Shown in pieces: positions 48,412 to 57,171 of a stretch of DNA of 58,665 bases. This stretch comes from a virus. Lineage: Duplodnaviria > Caudoviricetes. A model generated the notes under the pieces. That model made no database searches. It saw nothing but the letters and a program-made list of their open reading frames with translations, and had not been told where the DNA came from. The DNA lies in the IMG/VR virus record IMGVR_UViG_3300036766_000466, positions 1 through 58,665 of that record; one strand, written 5' to 3'. A program made the translations under genes and the position numbers. How positions within the stretch are numbered: the stretch's first letter is position 1; every line of letters starts with the position of its first letter.

Positions 48412-48862
48412 CAGAAACGTATTTCCACTTTACATTGTCGCCTGATTTTAGAATTGTGTGCGCATTCGTGTTCGCATAATCCCCATTGACGGACACAATC
48501 CAGTAGCGGCCTTCGGAATAGTTCCCAATCCCATCCACAGACAAAACCCCGTATTCATCGGCACATATTTTTCCATATTTCACGTGGTGTTTTTTTGAAA
48601 GAACGTCTGCCGTAGTTGAGCCAATCGGCATGATCTCGGAGTAATGTTCTCTTGTCCCTCCGTGTTCGATCTCAACTTGAACGTCTGCCGCGTAAAATAT
48701 CCCAGGTTGTTTGGCTTCTTGTCTTGTTGGGACATCAATACCCGGAACCAAACCAATAGATGCTTCGGCCGCAAGTGAGACTCGTGCACAAAACAAAAAA
48801 AACAATGCCCCTGCTTTTATCATGCCCTTTTGGATCTGTTGGCGTCGAGTGGGCCGCATCAT
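48392..48862 (-). CDS. Secreted DUF4430 (transcobalamin C-terminal-like) protein
   Basis: Signal peptide; V.SVDGI...YWIVSVNG......LKSGD.V.WKY signature. Confidence 0.8.
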   Translation of the reverse strand: MMRPTRRQQIQKGMIKAGALFFLFCARVSLAAEASIGLVPGIDVPTRQEAKQPGIFYAADVQVEIEHGGTREHYSEIMPIGSTTADVLSKKHHVKYGKICADEYGVLSVDGIGNYSEGRYWIVSVNGDYANTNAHTILKSGDNVKWKYVSVESKKR

Positions 48863-48987
48863 TCCTTTGTGATAATAATCTTTTGTGACAAAACGTCTTC
48901 CGTGTGCATTTCGTTTATAAATTCCGTCAGGGATGTTTCGATTTCATCAAAGATTTCGTCGTCAATCTCGATGATGAGGCGTTTCAT
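48859..48987 (-). CDS. 42 aa RHH-like microprotein (not in ORF track)
   Basis: MKRLIIEIDDEIFDEI; ATGA overlaps on both sides. Confidence 0.5.
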   Translation of the reverse strand: MKRLIIEIDDEIFDEIETSLTEFINEMHTEDVLSQKIIITKE

Positions 48988-49454
48988 TTTCTTCCAACAG
49001 CCTCAAGAATACGGTCGAGCTTCTTGTCTTGCTCATCGATTCGTGTTTCGATGGCCACGATCCGCTTGTCATATTCATAGGTCTTTGGGTCGTCGCCCTT
49101 TTGGTCTTTTGACGCGGCGATAGGCACGATGCCCTTCTTCTTTGCGTAGTCGATGACTACATTTCCTGCCCGTTTGTTTCGCCAAAGGTCTGATGCTCCA
49201 GGGCCGTCGTAGACAAAGACTTCGTTTTTGGTCAGTTTTTTTTCTCCTGTTGCCGGGTCTTTCATACAAAGAGCCACGTGTGGAGCCTTCCTAAATCCTT
49301 CCAGTTGTTCCTTCGCCGTAATAAAAACTTCTTCGATATTCTCGCCGACCTTTTTGTTTTTCTTGATGTCTTCAAAGTGGATGGCCACCAGTTGGCCGCC
49401 AGGTAGGTGCGAGTAAACAGCCCAGATTTGATTCTCAGCCCTTTGGATTGGCAT
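48984..49454 (-). CDS. Hypothetical protein with C-terminal coiled coil
   Basis: 156 aa; GGAGG SD. Confidence 0.75.
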   Translation of the reverse strand: MPIQRAENQIWAVYSHLPGGQLVAIHFEDIKKNKKVGENIEEVFITAKEQLEGFRKAPHVALCMKDPATGEKKLTKNEVFVYDGPGASDLWRNKRAGNVVIDYAKKKGIVPIAASKDQKGDDPKTYEYDKRIVAIETRIDEQDKKLDRILEAVGRK

Positions 49455-49599
49455 TTTTTTGACCCTCCATGATACCGGACATTCTCATAACTTCCATTTT
49501 CGTGATCGACAATATTTTCTTTTGAACTCTCGGATCATCGAGGCAATCCAAAAACTTCAGAATGTCTCGCTCTTCAATCGGGTCTTTTGGCTGGCTCAT
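49435..49599 (-). CDS. 54 aa hypothetical protein (not in ORF track)
   Basis: MSQPKDPIEERDIL...; TGATG overlap fills the gap. Confidence 0.5.
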   Translation of the reverse strand: MSQPKDPIEERDILKFLDCLDDPRVQKKILSITKMEVMRMSGIMEGQKNANPKG

Positions 49600-49796
49600 C
49601 AGTGCTTCTCCCACGATCCACGATTTTCTTTATTTATCCGTTCCAATATTCGTTGCCTAGAAAAATGATCCCGGATAACCCAAAGCAGGTGAACGGACAT
49701 TGGACGGCCCTGTTTTTTACCATCTTTCTTGAGTCGACAAAACCAGATGTCATCCGTCGCCGCATAAGAGATCGTCCTTGTTTTTCTTTCGCTCAT
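49599..49796 (-). CDS. Arc/RHH-like DNA-binding protein
   Basis: TRTISY...LKK....GRPMS..L..VI pattern. Confidence 0.55.
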   Translation of the reverse strand: MSERKTRTISYAATDDIWFCRLKKDGKKQGRPMSVHLLWVIRDHFSRQRILERINKENRGSWEKH

Positions 49797-49799
49797 AGA

Positions 49800-49943
49800 T
49801 TATTCTTTTTCAAACGCTGTTGTTAAGCATAAAATCGCTGCTGATGGTTTAAAACAAAAAAATAAACCAATGATATCGACAATTAGCGCTGCTGGGAATA
49901 AACAGAGCCCGCCAAGAAATACTATAATTCTTAGGACAATCAT
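49800..49943 (-). CDS. 47 aa membrane microprotein (not in ORF track)
   Basis: Hydrophobic ORF MIVLRIIVFLGGLCLF...; ATGA overlap. Confidence 0.45.
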   Translation of the reverse strand: MIVLRIIVFLGGLCLFPAALIVDIIGLFFCFKPSAAILCLTTAFEKE

Positions 49944-50143
49944 TCTTCCTCTTCTTCCTTAGTTTCCTCAAAATCTCTTTTGGAGTGTCCTGCCAACGAG
50001 CATTTGTGTCTTGAGATAATTTCTTGTAGGTCGCGCTCCCGGTAAGATTCCGTGCGGTGGGCCGGGACTATAATTTTTGCACAGGCGGAGCATCTGATAT
50101 CAGCAGGTGTTTTGTCTTGCATGGTTTTTACTTTGTTTCGCAT
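49940..50143 (-). CDS. Hypothetical CxxC protein
   Basis: CSAC...H.C; acidic tail. Confidence 0.6.
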   Translation of the reverse strand: MRNKVKTMQDKTPADIRCSACAKIIVPAHRTESYRERDLQEIISRHKCSLAGHSKRDFEETKEEEEE

Positions 50144-50150
50144 AAGTTTA

Positions 50151-50179
50151 AGCTTATGACTTTAAAGAATACTTGTAAA
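50151..50179 (-). promoter_or_regulatory. Sigma70-like promoter TTTACA-17-TAAGCT
   Basis: Hexamers read directly; ATG at 50143 lies 7 nt after the -10. Confidence 0.45.
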
Positions 50180-51295
50180 GTGTTTTCCGAACTGGCTCGC
50201 GGCGGCATCCCAAGTGTATTCTCTGAGCCGGGCCGTTTCCATAGCCCATTGTTTTGTAGACCTGAATTCACGGACGTTGTGATAAGACCATCTTATTTTC
50301 TCGATAAGCTCCGCATCATTCGGTACGTTCCAATTACCACGATTGCCGTGATACCACACTCCGTCATTGGCGGGTTCGGAGTAAAAATTCTCAAGTGTCA
50401 ATTCTTTTGGGTACGAATCACCGAGATATTCTGATTGACCTGTCCAGTTGCCTACGATTGATGGGACGCCAGTTGCGAGACATTCAAGGATTGGCAAACC
50501 AAAACCTTCACCCCTTGATGGGAAGATTCCGCAATCGGAACCGGCGTAGACGGCGGCGAGATTCTCGGCCTGGGAAGATCGTAATTCTATTTTGAGTCCT
50601 GCTCTTGTCCAAGTGCTGTCAGGCATATAAACTGATTGGGAATAAATTCCGGTACCCTTATATCTAAAACCCAAAGAATTAAGCCATCGGAAAACTTCTC
50701 CAGACCAATCCTCTTTAAATGGATTCTCGCAGTGCATTTCAAGAATCGCATCTTCGTTTTCAAGAGCATCGAAAAAACATTGTAAGACTTGCATTGATCC
50801 CTTTCTGACCTCAAATTTTCCGATGTGGCAGAATTTTATGATTCCATCTGGTGTGGGAGCTATATGAAATTCATTTTGGTCATACCCTTCGTTCACAACT
50901 TGAGATTCTATACCGTGCATTCTTAGCACACGCCTTCCCCATTCGGATGGCACTAAAACAGCATCGAGAGATTTTATGGCTGCGAGTTGAACCGGATCAA
51001 ACCCATCTGTTTCAGTCACGACGAAGCCGATTCTTGGCGTTCCTGAAAATTGTGTTAAAAAACCTGAGTCAAAAATCATAAGACTTGGATTCTTTGGGTC
51101 GAATGTCTCACGGTTTTTAAGCCAACGGTATATGGATTCGTTATGGACGGAGATTGAGCCGAACGGTGGGATCAAAGTAATTTCAATGCCTGCCCTTTCA
51201 AGTGCATAGCCGAAGTTGGTCGCGTGTGTGCCGACACCCAAAGCGTTTGAAGGGGCGAAAAGGTTTAGCATTTTAATCATCCTCCCAATCTTCAC
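50162..51295 (-). CDS. GT4 family glycosyltransferase
   Basis: ETD, GKFEVRKG, SRGEGFGLPILECLATG. Confidence 0.92.
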   Translation of the reverse strand: MKIGRMIKMLNLFAPSNALGVGTHATNFGYALERAGIEITLIPPFGSISVHNESIYRWLKNRETFDPKNPSLMIFDSGFLTQFSGTPRIGFVVTETDGFDPVQLAAIKSLDAVLVPSEWGRRVLRMHGIESQVVNEGYDQNEFHIAPTPDGIIKFCHIGKFEVRKGSMQVLQCFFDALENEDAILEMHCENPFKEDWSGEVFRWLNSLGFRYKGTGIYSQSVYMPDSTWTRAGLKIELRSSQAENLAAVYAGSDCGIFPSRGEGFGLPILECLATGVPSIVGNWTGQSEYLGDSYPKELTLENFYSEPANDGVWYHGNRGNWNVPNDAELIEKIRWSYHNVREFRSTKQWAMETARLREYTWDAAASQFGKHFTSIL

Positions 51296-51944
51296 TTATT
51301 TCTGTCTTTAGAATAACTGGGCTTGGCCCATAAATAACATCCCCCACCGCCATCAAAGCCAGCGTTATTTGTTCGTTCATTTTGTCCGCAAGTTCCACCG
51401 CCATCTTTTTAAAATAATCCTCTGACGTGTTCCCAACAATATCCGAGATCACCTTGACGACTGAGTACGGGATTGCGTGCGCTTTACAAAACTTTGCAAC
51501 AGCGAAAGATTCCATGTCTGTCGCACAAGCGTCAAAATAGCCATATGGGTCGGTCTTTAAGAATTTGTCCTGCGAGATGAACGGTACTATTTTCCAATCA
51601 AAATCAAATATCGTTGGGCCGGGTTCCCCACATTTAGGTATTTCATGTTCTGCGTCGCTTTCAAAATCGCCTGCGTCAAAATCCCCCTCACGGAAAAACT
51701 CGGCCTGCACCTTTTTCCCTGCGGGTAATTCTTTCTCGTTCAATGAACCGGCATACCCGGCCAAAATCACCCATTCGAGCGAACCAAACTTATGCAATGA
51801 TTCGTAAAGGCACCCAAGCGTCCGTAGCTTTCCCATCCCCGGCGACTGGATCACAACCTTTCCATTTAATTTTTCAGGCATGATGAATTGGAGGATATTG
51901 AATTCATACTGAGTGGGGAGGATTAGGAGGATCATTTCCTCCAC
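51273..51944 (-). CDS. MTA/SAH nucleosidase-like protein (PNP_UDP_1)
   Basis: GMGK, G.AGSL, SQDKF, DMESFAVA, KVISD. Confidence 0.8.
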   Translation of the reverse strand: MEEMILLILPTQYEFNILQFIMPEKLNGKVVIQSPGMGKLRTLGCLYESLHKFGSLEWVILAGYAGSLNEKELPAGKKVQAEFFREGDFDAGDFESDAEHEIPKCGEPGPTIFDFDWKIVPFISQDKFLKTDPYGYFDACATDMESFAVAKFCKAHAIPYSVVKVISDIVGNTSEDYFKKMAVELADKMNEQITLALMAVGDVIYGPSPVILKTEISEDWEDD

Positions 51945-52141
51945 CAGTCAGCGTCGTCCACTTCTTTTCCTGACATAAAATTATGTCTGAAAATACATTC
52001 GAGGACATTATTAAATGCTTTAAGTTCCTGACTCAATTTTTGAATACGGATTATTACCGTGATGCTCAAAAAAATATGGATGGTGAGCACAGCCAACACA
52101 ACCCACAGAACTGTCGTTATCATGGCAACTCCATCAAACAC
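51932..52141 (-). CDS. Small membrane protein
   Basis: N-terminal TM helix. Confidence 0.55.
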   Translation of the reverse strand: MFDGVAMITTVLWVVLAVLTIHIFLSITVIIRIQKLSQELKAFNNVLECIFRHNFMSGKEVDDADWWRK

Positions 52142-52644
52142 GCGATTTTGTCCGGTTCGGCAATCGGTTCTTTTTGCAGTCCTGCAATGCTGGCGACAAA
52201 AATAAATCCTGCCACCTGCGCCCCGCAGTCGCGGATAAGCTCCGCCGCCGCGAACGCCGTCCCACCCGTGGCCAGAATGTCGTCCACGATTAGGATTCTC
52301 TCGCTCGGCATAATGTCATTTTGATGGATTTCGATACACCCCTGGCCGTATTCCAGGTCGTAAGCTATGCGGTGTGTCACGCCCGGGAGCTTTCCGCATC
52401 GACGGATCGGGACGAACCCAACGTCACAGGCCAGGGCAAGGGCCGAACCGACGATAAAGCCCCGCGCCTCGATCCCGACGATTTTATCGAATGGCATAAA
52501 TCGATGCGCGAGCTTTTCTAGTTGTAGGATTAGCTCGCTGAATGCGGCACCATCCGAAAATATTGGCGTGAGGTCGTAGAATAAGATTCCTTTTTTTGGG
52601 AAGTCTTGGACTCTGGCTATTTTTGATTTTAGATATTCACTCAT
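52120..52644 (-). CDS. apt: Adenine phosphoribosyltransferase
   Basis: DFPKKGILFYD, GIEARGF, YDLEYG, VDDILATGGT. Confidence 0.96.
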   Translation of the reverse strand: MSEYLKSKIARVQDFPKKGILFYDLTPIFSDGAAFSELILQLEKLAHRFMPFDKIVGIEARGFIVGSALALACDVGFVPIRRCGKLPGVTHRIAYDLEYGQGCIEIHQNDIMPSERILIVDDILATGGTAFAAAELIRDCGAQVAGFIFVASIAGLQKEPIAEPDKIACLMELP

Positions 52645-53150
52645 TTTGTTGGGTTCTCCCTGTCCTCAATCCCGTATTGTTGAAATACTTCTCTCATCCG
52701 CCAGCGTACTGCCTCGTTTAAATCAATTCCCAAAATATCGGCCATCAAACACGATAAGGAAATGATATCGACAAGCTCACGTGCGATCTTTATCGGTGCA
52801 GGAAGTTTGTCTATCATGGCCTCGGCTTCTTCCTCGTATTTCCAAAGAGCTGACGAACATTCGGCTATTTCCTCGAATAAATGCCTTAATACCAAATCAG
52901 CCCTGCGTCTATATCCTTTCTTTGTCTCGACTTCTTGTACAAACTCCATAATCGCTTCGGTGTTAAGGTATGACCCTGCACGCATGGGGACACGTCTACA
53001 CCGACAAGCCGGGCACCGAGTGGGTGGGGTGGACACCTTCCACTTTCCATCGGCGACCAACTTGTCGAATTTCCTCTGCTCGTCTGCCATCCAAACAAAG
53101 TCTTTAGAGCAGACCTGGCAGGTGAGGGTTAGGTCTTTTTTAGCGTCCAT
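52641..53150 (-). CDS. Zinc-ribbon (zf-trcl-like) fused to MazG-like NTP pyrophosphohydrolase
   Basis: DLTLTCQVC..F...EQ...PTRCPACR; HLFEEIAE...ELVD. Confidence 0.8.
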   Translation of the reverse strand: MDAKKDLTLTCQVCSKDFVWMADEQRKFDKLVADGKWKVSTPPTRCPACRCRRVPMRAGSYLNTEAIMEFVQEVETKKGYRRRADLVLRHLFEEIAECSSALWKYEEEAEAMIDKLPAPIKIARELVDIISLSCLMADILGIDLNEAVRWRMREVFQQYGIEDRENPTK

Positions 53151-53173
53151 TTAACACTCCTTTTTTAATAAAA

Positions 53174-53213
53174 CCTTGCCTTGCCTTGCCTTGCCATGCC
53201 ACGCCGCGCCAAG
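53174..53213. repeat. Pentanucleotide tandem repeat (CCNNG)x8
   Basis: ccttg x4, ccatg, ccacg, ccgcg, ccaag. Confidence 0.85.
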
Positions 53214-53236
53214 CGACTTCGTCCAACATTTGACTA

Positions 53237-55135
53237 TTAAAATTCCGTCCTTACCCCGCCGAACACCCCAAGCCCTGGCGTACGAAATCCTGACTCCGTG
53301 TACCCCTCGTCGAAGATATTTTCAATCCGTCCGTAAACCTGAACGGCCTTTGCTATTTCGTAAGACGCCCCGGCATCAACACGCACAAACGCGTCTTCGT
53401 GTATCTTGTCCGTCAGAAAGGTGTCCAGGTTAAATATTCCGACAGTCCGCGGCCCGATGTACGTTCCGCGTGTCCATGCGGTGAACTTCCCTGATTTCCA
53501 TTCGACCTCGCCGCCCCACTGGTTCTTTGGGATATCAAAAGAGCCAGTGCCTTCCGCGAGGGCTTGCGTGTAGGTGTGCGAGACGCGAGCTTTTAAACCA
53601 TCAGCGGGCTTCCAATCAGCGAAGCTCTCCACGCCCCAGGTATGCCCTTGCCCACCTATGTTTTCATACCCAAACCCGACAAAATCAATCTGACTAATTA
53701 GGTCGTGTCTGAAATAGGTCGATCCGACAAGAATATCCTCGGACAGATTCTGCTCCGCGCCGAAGTCGTACCCGGTCGATCTTTCCGGGGACAGCGTTGG
53801 GTTTCCCACGTTGAACGTGCCCCATTCGGTCAGGAAGGCTCCGTGTTTCTCGTAGAGAGACGGTGCGCGGTATGCGGTTCCGTAGTGTGCCTTGAGGTGG
53901 GTTCCAGGGACGACCCACAGCGATGTGGCGGCATCCCACGTTGCGCGGCTCTTGGTGTGATCTGGGTTAGACTGCCTGGCCCCTATCGTCGAAACCCACT
54001 TCTCATCAAACAGGCCGATTCTTTCCTGGGCAAAATATTCGTTTCTGCCTGACCTGCTTTGAAGCTCCTGGTCTCCGCCCGGGATCGACTTGGCGAAGAT
54101 CGTCTGCCATTCGGTCTCGTGTTGGTATCCGATTGTCGTCGTCAGATTGTCATTGTGGATGAAATCAAGCTGTTCATCGAACGCCAAATTTTGGCCCTTG
54201 TATCCGCCATCATTGTAAAAACCCGTTCCATCTTCGTTCGGCAGAAATTGAAACCTGCGGGCGGAGTCGGTATACCCGATCCTGGACGACAGATTAATAC
54301 TCTCCGAAATCGGGACGGACAAATGAACCCCGTAATTACGAAGCTCGTTCTCCCGGCGATCATTTTCGTCAGCCGAGTCTTTTAACGTGACGCCTCCGAT
54401 TACAAGTGGCGAATGTTTTAACGCACCGTCAGCGTTGTATCCAAGAAACGTGGTCTCAATGCGTGCTCCACCATCCCATGAATAACCAAGCCTTGAATTA
54501 AACGACGTGTTTCCGTATCCATCATGCGCGTCGATGCCATCCGAGTCCGTGCGCCCAAGACGGTTGTAAAAATCAAACCCTTTTGAGACGCCTTCGGTCT
54601 CAATATATTCCCGGAATGTCCCACGACTCCCGTACTCAAACCCGCCATTGGCTCGCGGTGCCCCGTGGCCACGCTTCGTGTAGAGGGCCACCACGCCAGC
54701 CTGGGCGTCCGATCCGTAAAGGGCGCTCCCGGTTCCACGTGTGATCTCGGTGCGACCAATTCCACCCTCCATGAGGTCGAGCCATAAAGGGTTTGCGCTT
54801 CCTTGAGGATCCGAGGGGTCACGAAGAGGAAGGCCATCCACCATGAGCTTCGTGTCGATTGATCGAAGGCCACGGACACGGATCGTTGTGAGGCCACCAA
54901 GACCGTTGGCCTGCTTTACACGCACACCGGGGATGGTCACAAATCCATCTATGATGCGCTCATTTACGGTTTCGTCAGGCCCAAGAACATCGACCGACTT
55001 TCCGACCGAGTATTTGGATTCGGACAACCTCGTCGGACTGATTACGATTGTGCCGAGATCAACGGAGTCTTCTGCGAATGCAGACCCACTTAAAAACACA
55101 GCTAATATAAAAAATAGTCTCTTTTTCATTGCCAC
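53237..55135 (-). CDS. TonB-dependent outer-membrane receptor, BtuB-like
   Basis: Signal peptide, plug motifs IRVRG and RG.GSALYGSDA.AGVV, YRAPS.Y..GNP.L.PE.S, NIFD, terminal Phe. Confidence 0.9.
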   Translation of the reverse strand: MAMKKRLFFILAVFLSGSAFAEDSVDLGTIVISPTRLSESKYSVGKSVDVLGPDETVNERIIDGFVTIPGVRVKQANGLGGLTTIRVRGLRSIDTKLMVDGLPLRDPSDPQGSANPLWLDLMEGGIGRTEITRGTGSALYGSDAQAGVVALYTKRGHGAPRANGGFEYGSRGTFREYIETEGVSKGFDFYNRLGRTDSDGIDAHDGYGNTSFNSRLGYSWDGGARIETTFLGYNADGALKHSPLVIGGVTLKDSADENDRRENELRNYGVHLSVPISESINLSSRIGYTDSARRFQFLPNEDGTGFYNDGGYKGQNLAFDEQLDFIHNDNLTTTIGYQHETEWQTIFAKSIPGGDQELQSRSGRNEYFAQERIGLFDEKWVSTIGARQSNPDHTKSRATWDAATSLWVVPGTHLKAHYGTAYRAPSLYEKHGAFLTEWGTFNVGNPTLSPERSTGYDFGAEQNLSEDILVGSTYFRHDLISQIDFVGFGYENIGGQGHTWGVESFADWKPADGLKARVSHTYTQALAEGTGSFDIPKNQWGGEVEWKSGKFTAWTRGTYIGPRTVGIFNLDTFLTDKIHEDAFVRVDAGASYEIAKAVQVYGRIENIFDEGYTESGFRTPGLGVFGGVRTEF

Positions 55136-55166
55136 ACCCCCGCTTATCTTATAAAATTAATTTCAC

Positions 55167-55403
55167 CTAAAGATAATCCATAAACATTTGTTTTCCAACC
55201 ATTTGGGCTAATTCCTCCATGTTGCTTTTGGGTGGATTACATTTTGAGCAAAACCAACGATGATCTTCAATAAAAAAAGTCATTGTTACTATGAACGAAC
55301 CTATGATTAATTGAATTATAGTTCCGTACTTTGAAAAACCAATCAACATGTTTCCAACACCAAGAAGTCTTAAACAGAATAATTTTTTATATGTTCTACA
55401 CAT
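55167..55403 (-). CDS. Small membrane protein with CxxC
   Basis: Two hydrophobic segments, CSKC. Confidence 0.55.
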   Translation of the reverse strand: MCRTYKKLFCLRLLGVGNMLIGFSKYGTIIQLIIGSFIVTMTFFIEDHRWFCSKCNPPKSNMEELAQMVGKQMFMDYL

Positions 55404-55476
55404 TTTTATCCCATTCCTTTCATATTAAAATAAAGACTTACTAAAAAGATGAACATTGGCCATAAATTTGTGCTGT

Positions 55477-56209
55477 TCATCTAATCTCATACCCATCCTC
55501 TTGAGTATAAATATCCTCTTCTGGGTCATACAGGAAGTTGAAAGAGTCATGATTGTCCAAGATAAAATGGTAGTAGGTTGAGTCACGGCTGGTCATTGTC
55601 TACTACCGAGGTCAAATCTTTTGCTGTCTTCATACCACTCTCAACCATTTTTGGAGTCCCGTCCAACATGTCTCGCAAACGTGATACTTCCAAACTTTGT
55701 CACAGTAGTTCTCAGTCGGAGGAGATAACACAATGGCCCCCGAAGTATCGAGTTCCTTGCGGCACTTTGTACAATAGACGGAGATCATTTAACCTCCCTG
55801 CATAGAACATCCTTGCCAAATTTATTACAGAATCCAACGTACTTCCCATTCTTGATAAACATGCGGGTTACAAGATTTCTTTTGTTTCTGTGAAGAATCT
55901 TTTTACACAGCGGGCATTTAAATTTCATTTCTTATAATCCCTCGTCTTTCTTGGTCGCCTGTCGCACTTATCGATAATATTTACATACCCGCGCAAAATA
56001 CAGGCGCAGTTAGGCCATGTAGTGCAAGACTTCTTCCTCTTCCTCGGACGCTTCGGGGTCATTTAAGTCTCTTGAATTATTCCAGTGCCCTTACAACATT
56101 TGCACGGATAAGACGTTCGATTGTTTGCCCAAGTCTGTTGGTCTCCCGCTACCCACGGGGGCTTAGAGATAATTCCTTGACCATCACAGACGGGACATTT
56201 CTGGAACAT
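55477..56209 (-). other. Train of micro-ORFs below the track cutoff (55477-55596, 55630-55788, 55785-55928, 55925-56062, 56063-56209)
   Basis: 39-52 aa ORFs, several joined by ATGA, four Cys-rich; 56063-56209 has CPVCDGQG...CKCCKGTG. Confidence 0.55.
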
Positions 56210-56219
56210 CGGACGCAAC

Positions 56220-56885
56220 TCATTCATGGCCCATCCCCCCATCTCCTAAGAGTTTAATCCCATACTCAAGACAGGTTTTTTGGAGTTGTTTTCTGGCGGC
56301 GGCATTGGCGGCATAGTTGGCGGCATAGCTGGCGGCATAGGCGGCATAGGCGGAATCGGCGACATAGGCGGCGGTGGCGGCGGCATCGACGACATCGGCG
56401 GCATAGGCGGTGGCGGCGGCGGTGGCGGCGGCGTCGGCGGCATAGTTGGCGGCGGAATCGGCGGCGGCGGTGGCGGCGTCGGCGGCGGCATAGGCGGCGT
56501 CGGCGGCGGCGGCGGCCCTATTATTTTTCTTGTTTGGAGTTCTTAAATACTCTTTCGCCGCTTCAATCGCTTTCCGTGGTCTCTTATCGTCAGGATACTT
56601 CTTCTCGTAAATATCAATCACCTGTTCCGCGCAGAAGATCGCATATTGGACGCACTTTGTTTTGTCAAAAAGTCGCACAAGCACCCAGTTGGCCCAAGGG
56701 TAATGGTTGCCATCAAAGAGTTCGAGGATAAACTTCTTGGCGTTCATTTTTTTGCCATTTAGCTTATTGAGCGACCACTCGTAGCCGTCAGAGCAGGCGT
56801 TGTGTTTTTTGAGCCATTCTTTTGAGATCGTGTGCTTTTTCATTTTGCTCCCTCGGCTAACTGGCCCTGAAGTGTCTTTGGTCAT
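56220..56885 (-). CDS. Phage protein with Imm5-like D.RPR.AIEAA motif and Ala-rich repeats
   Basis: WLKKHNAC.DG, YPDDKRPRKAIEAA, AAYAA repeats. Confidence 0.8.
   Translation of the reverse strand: MTKDTSGPVSRGSKMKKHTISKEWLKKHNACSDGYEWSLNKLNGKKMNAKKFILELFDGNHYPWANWVLVRLFDKTKCVQYAIFCAEQVIDIYEKKYPDDKRPRKAIEAAKEYLRTPNKKNNRAAAAADAAYAAADAATAAADSAANYAADAAATAAATAYAADVVDAAATAAYVADSAYAAYAASYAANYAANAAARKQLQKTCLEYGIKLLGDGGMGHE
56294..56517. repeat. GCC-rich low-complexity coding repeat (Ala-rich)
   Basis: ggcggc/ggcatag units. Confidence 0.8.
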
Positions 56886-57067
56886 ACACTATTTCCTTGA
56901 TAGTCAAAAGACACTCCAAAGTTTCCACATGGGAAATATTCAGCTCGTTTTAACATTGCTTTGTAGATTGGTTTGTTTCTATCAATTTTTACCTGCTTGC
57001 ACTTTTTTGTGCAAAACTTCTGATTAGGGTCGCTATTCTTGGCTCCACAGATTTGACAATTCTTCAT
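56882..57067 (-). CDS. Small zinc-finger protein
   Basis: CQICG...KFCTKKC. Confidence 0.65.
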   Translation of the reverse strand: MKNCQICGAKNSDPNQKFCTKKCKQVKIDRNKPIYKAMLKRAEYFPCGNFGVSFDYQGNSV

Positions 57068-57171
57068 TTCAGTCTCCTAGCACATTCTTTACAAAGACCA
57101 TTTTCATCAAGTTCGACTTCCATTCCACAATCAGAGCATGGAATTTCCTGTACTCCATTTGGCTCACTCAT
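57064..57171 (-). CDS. 35 aa zinc-ribbon microprotein (not in ORF track)
   Basis: CSDCG...GLCKEC; ATGA overlaps. Confidence 0.55.
   Translation of the reverse strand: MSEPNGVQEIPCSDCGMEVELDENGLCKECARRLK

Noticed and set aside
55136-56220. Cobalamin riboswitch upstream of the TonB receptor
   Set aside because: No GGGAA...GCCACTG...GGGAAG core seen by eye and the region is filled with micro-ORFs; a covariance-model scan would be decisive
56246-56546. Pro-rich and Gly-rich ORFs in the track
   Set aside because: Alternative frames of the GCC repeat inside 56220..56885
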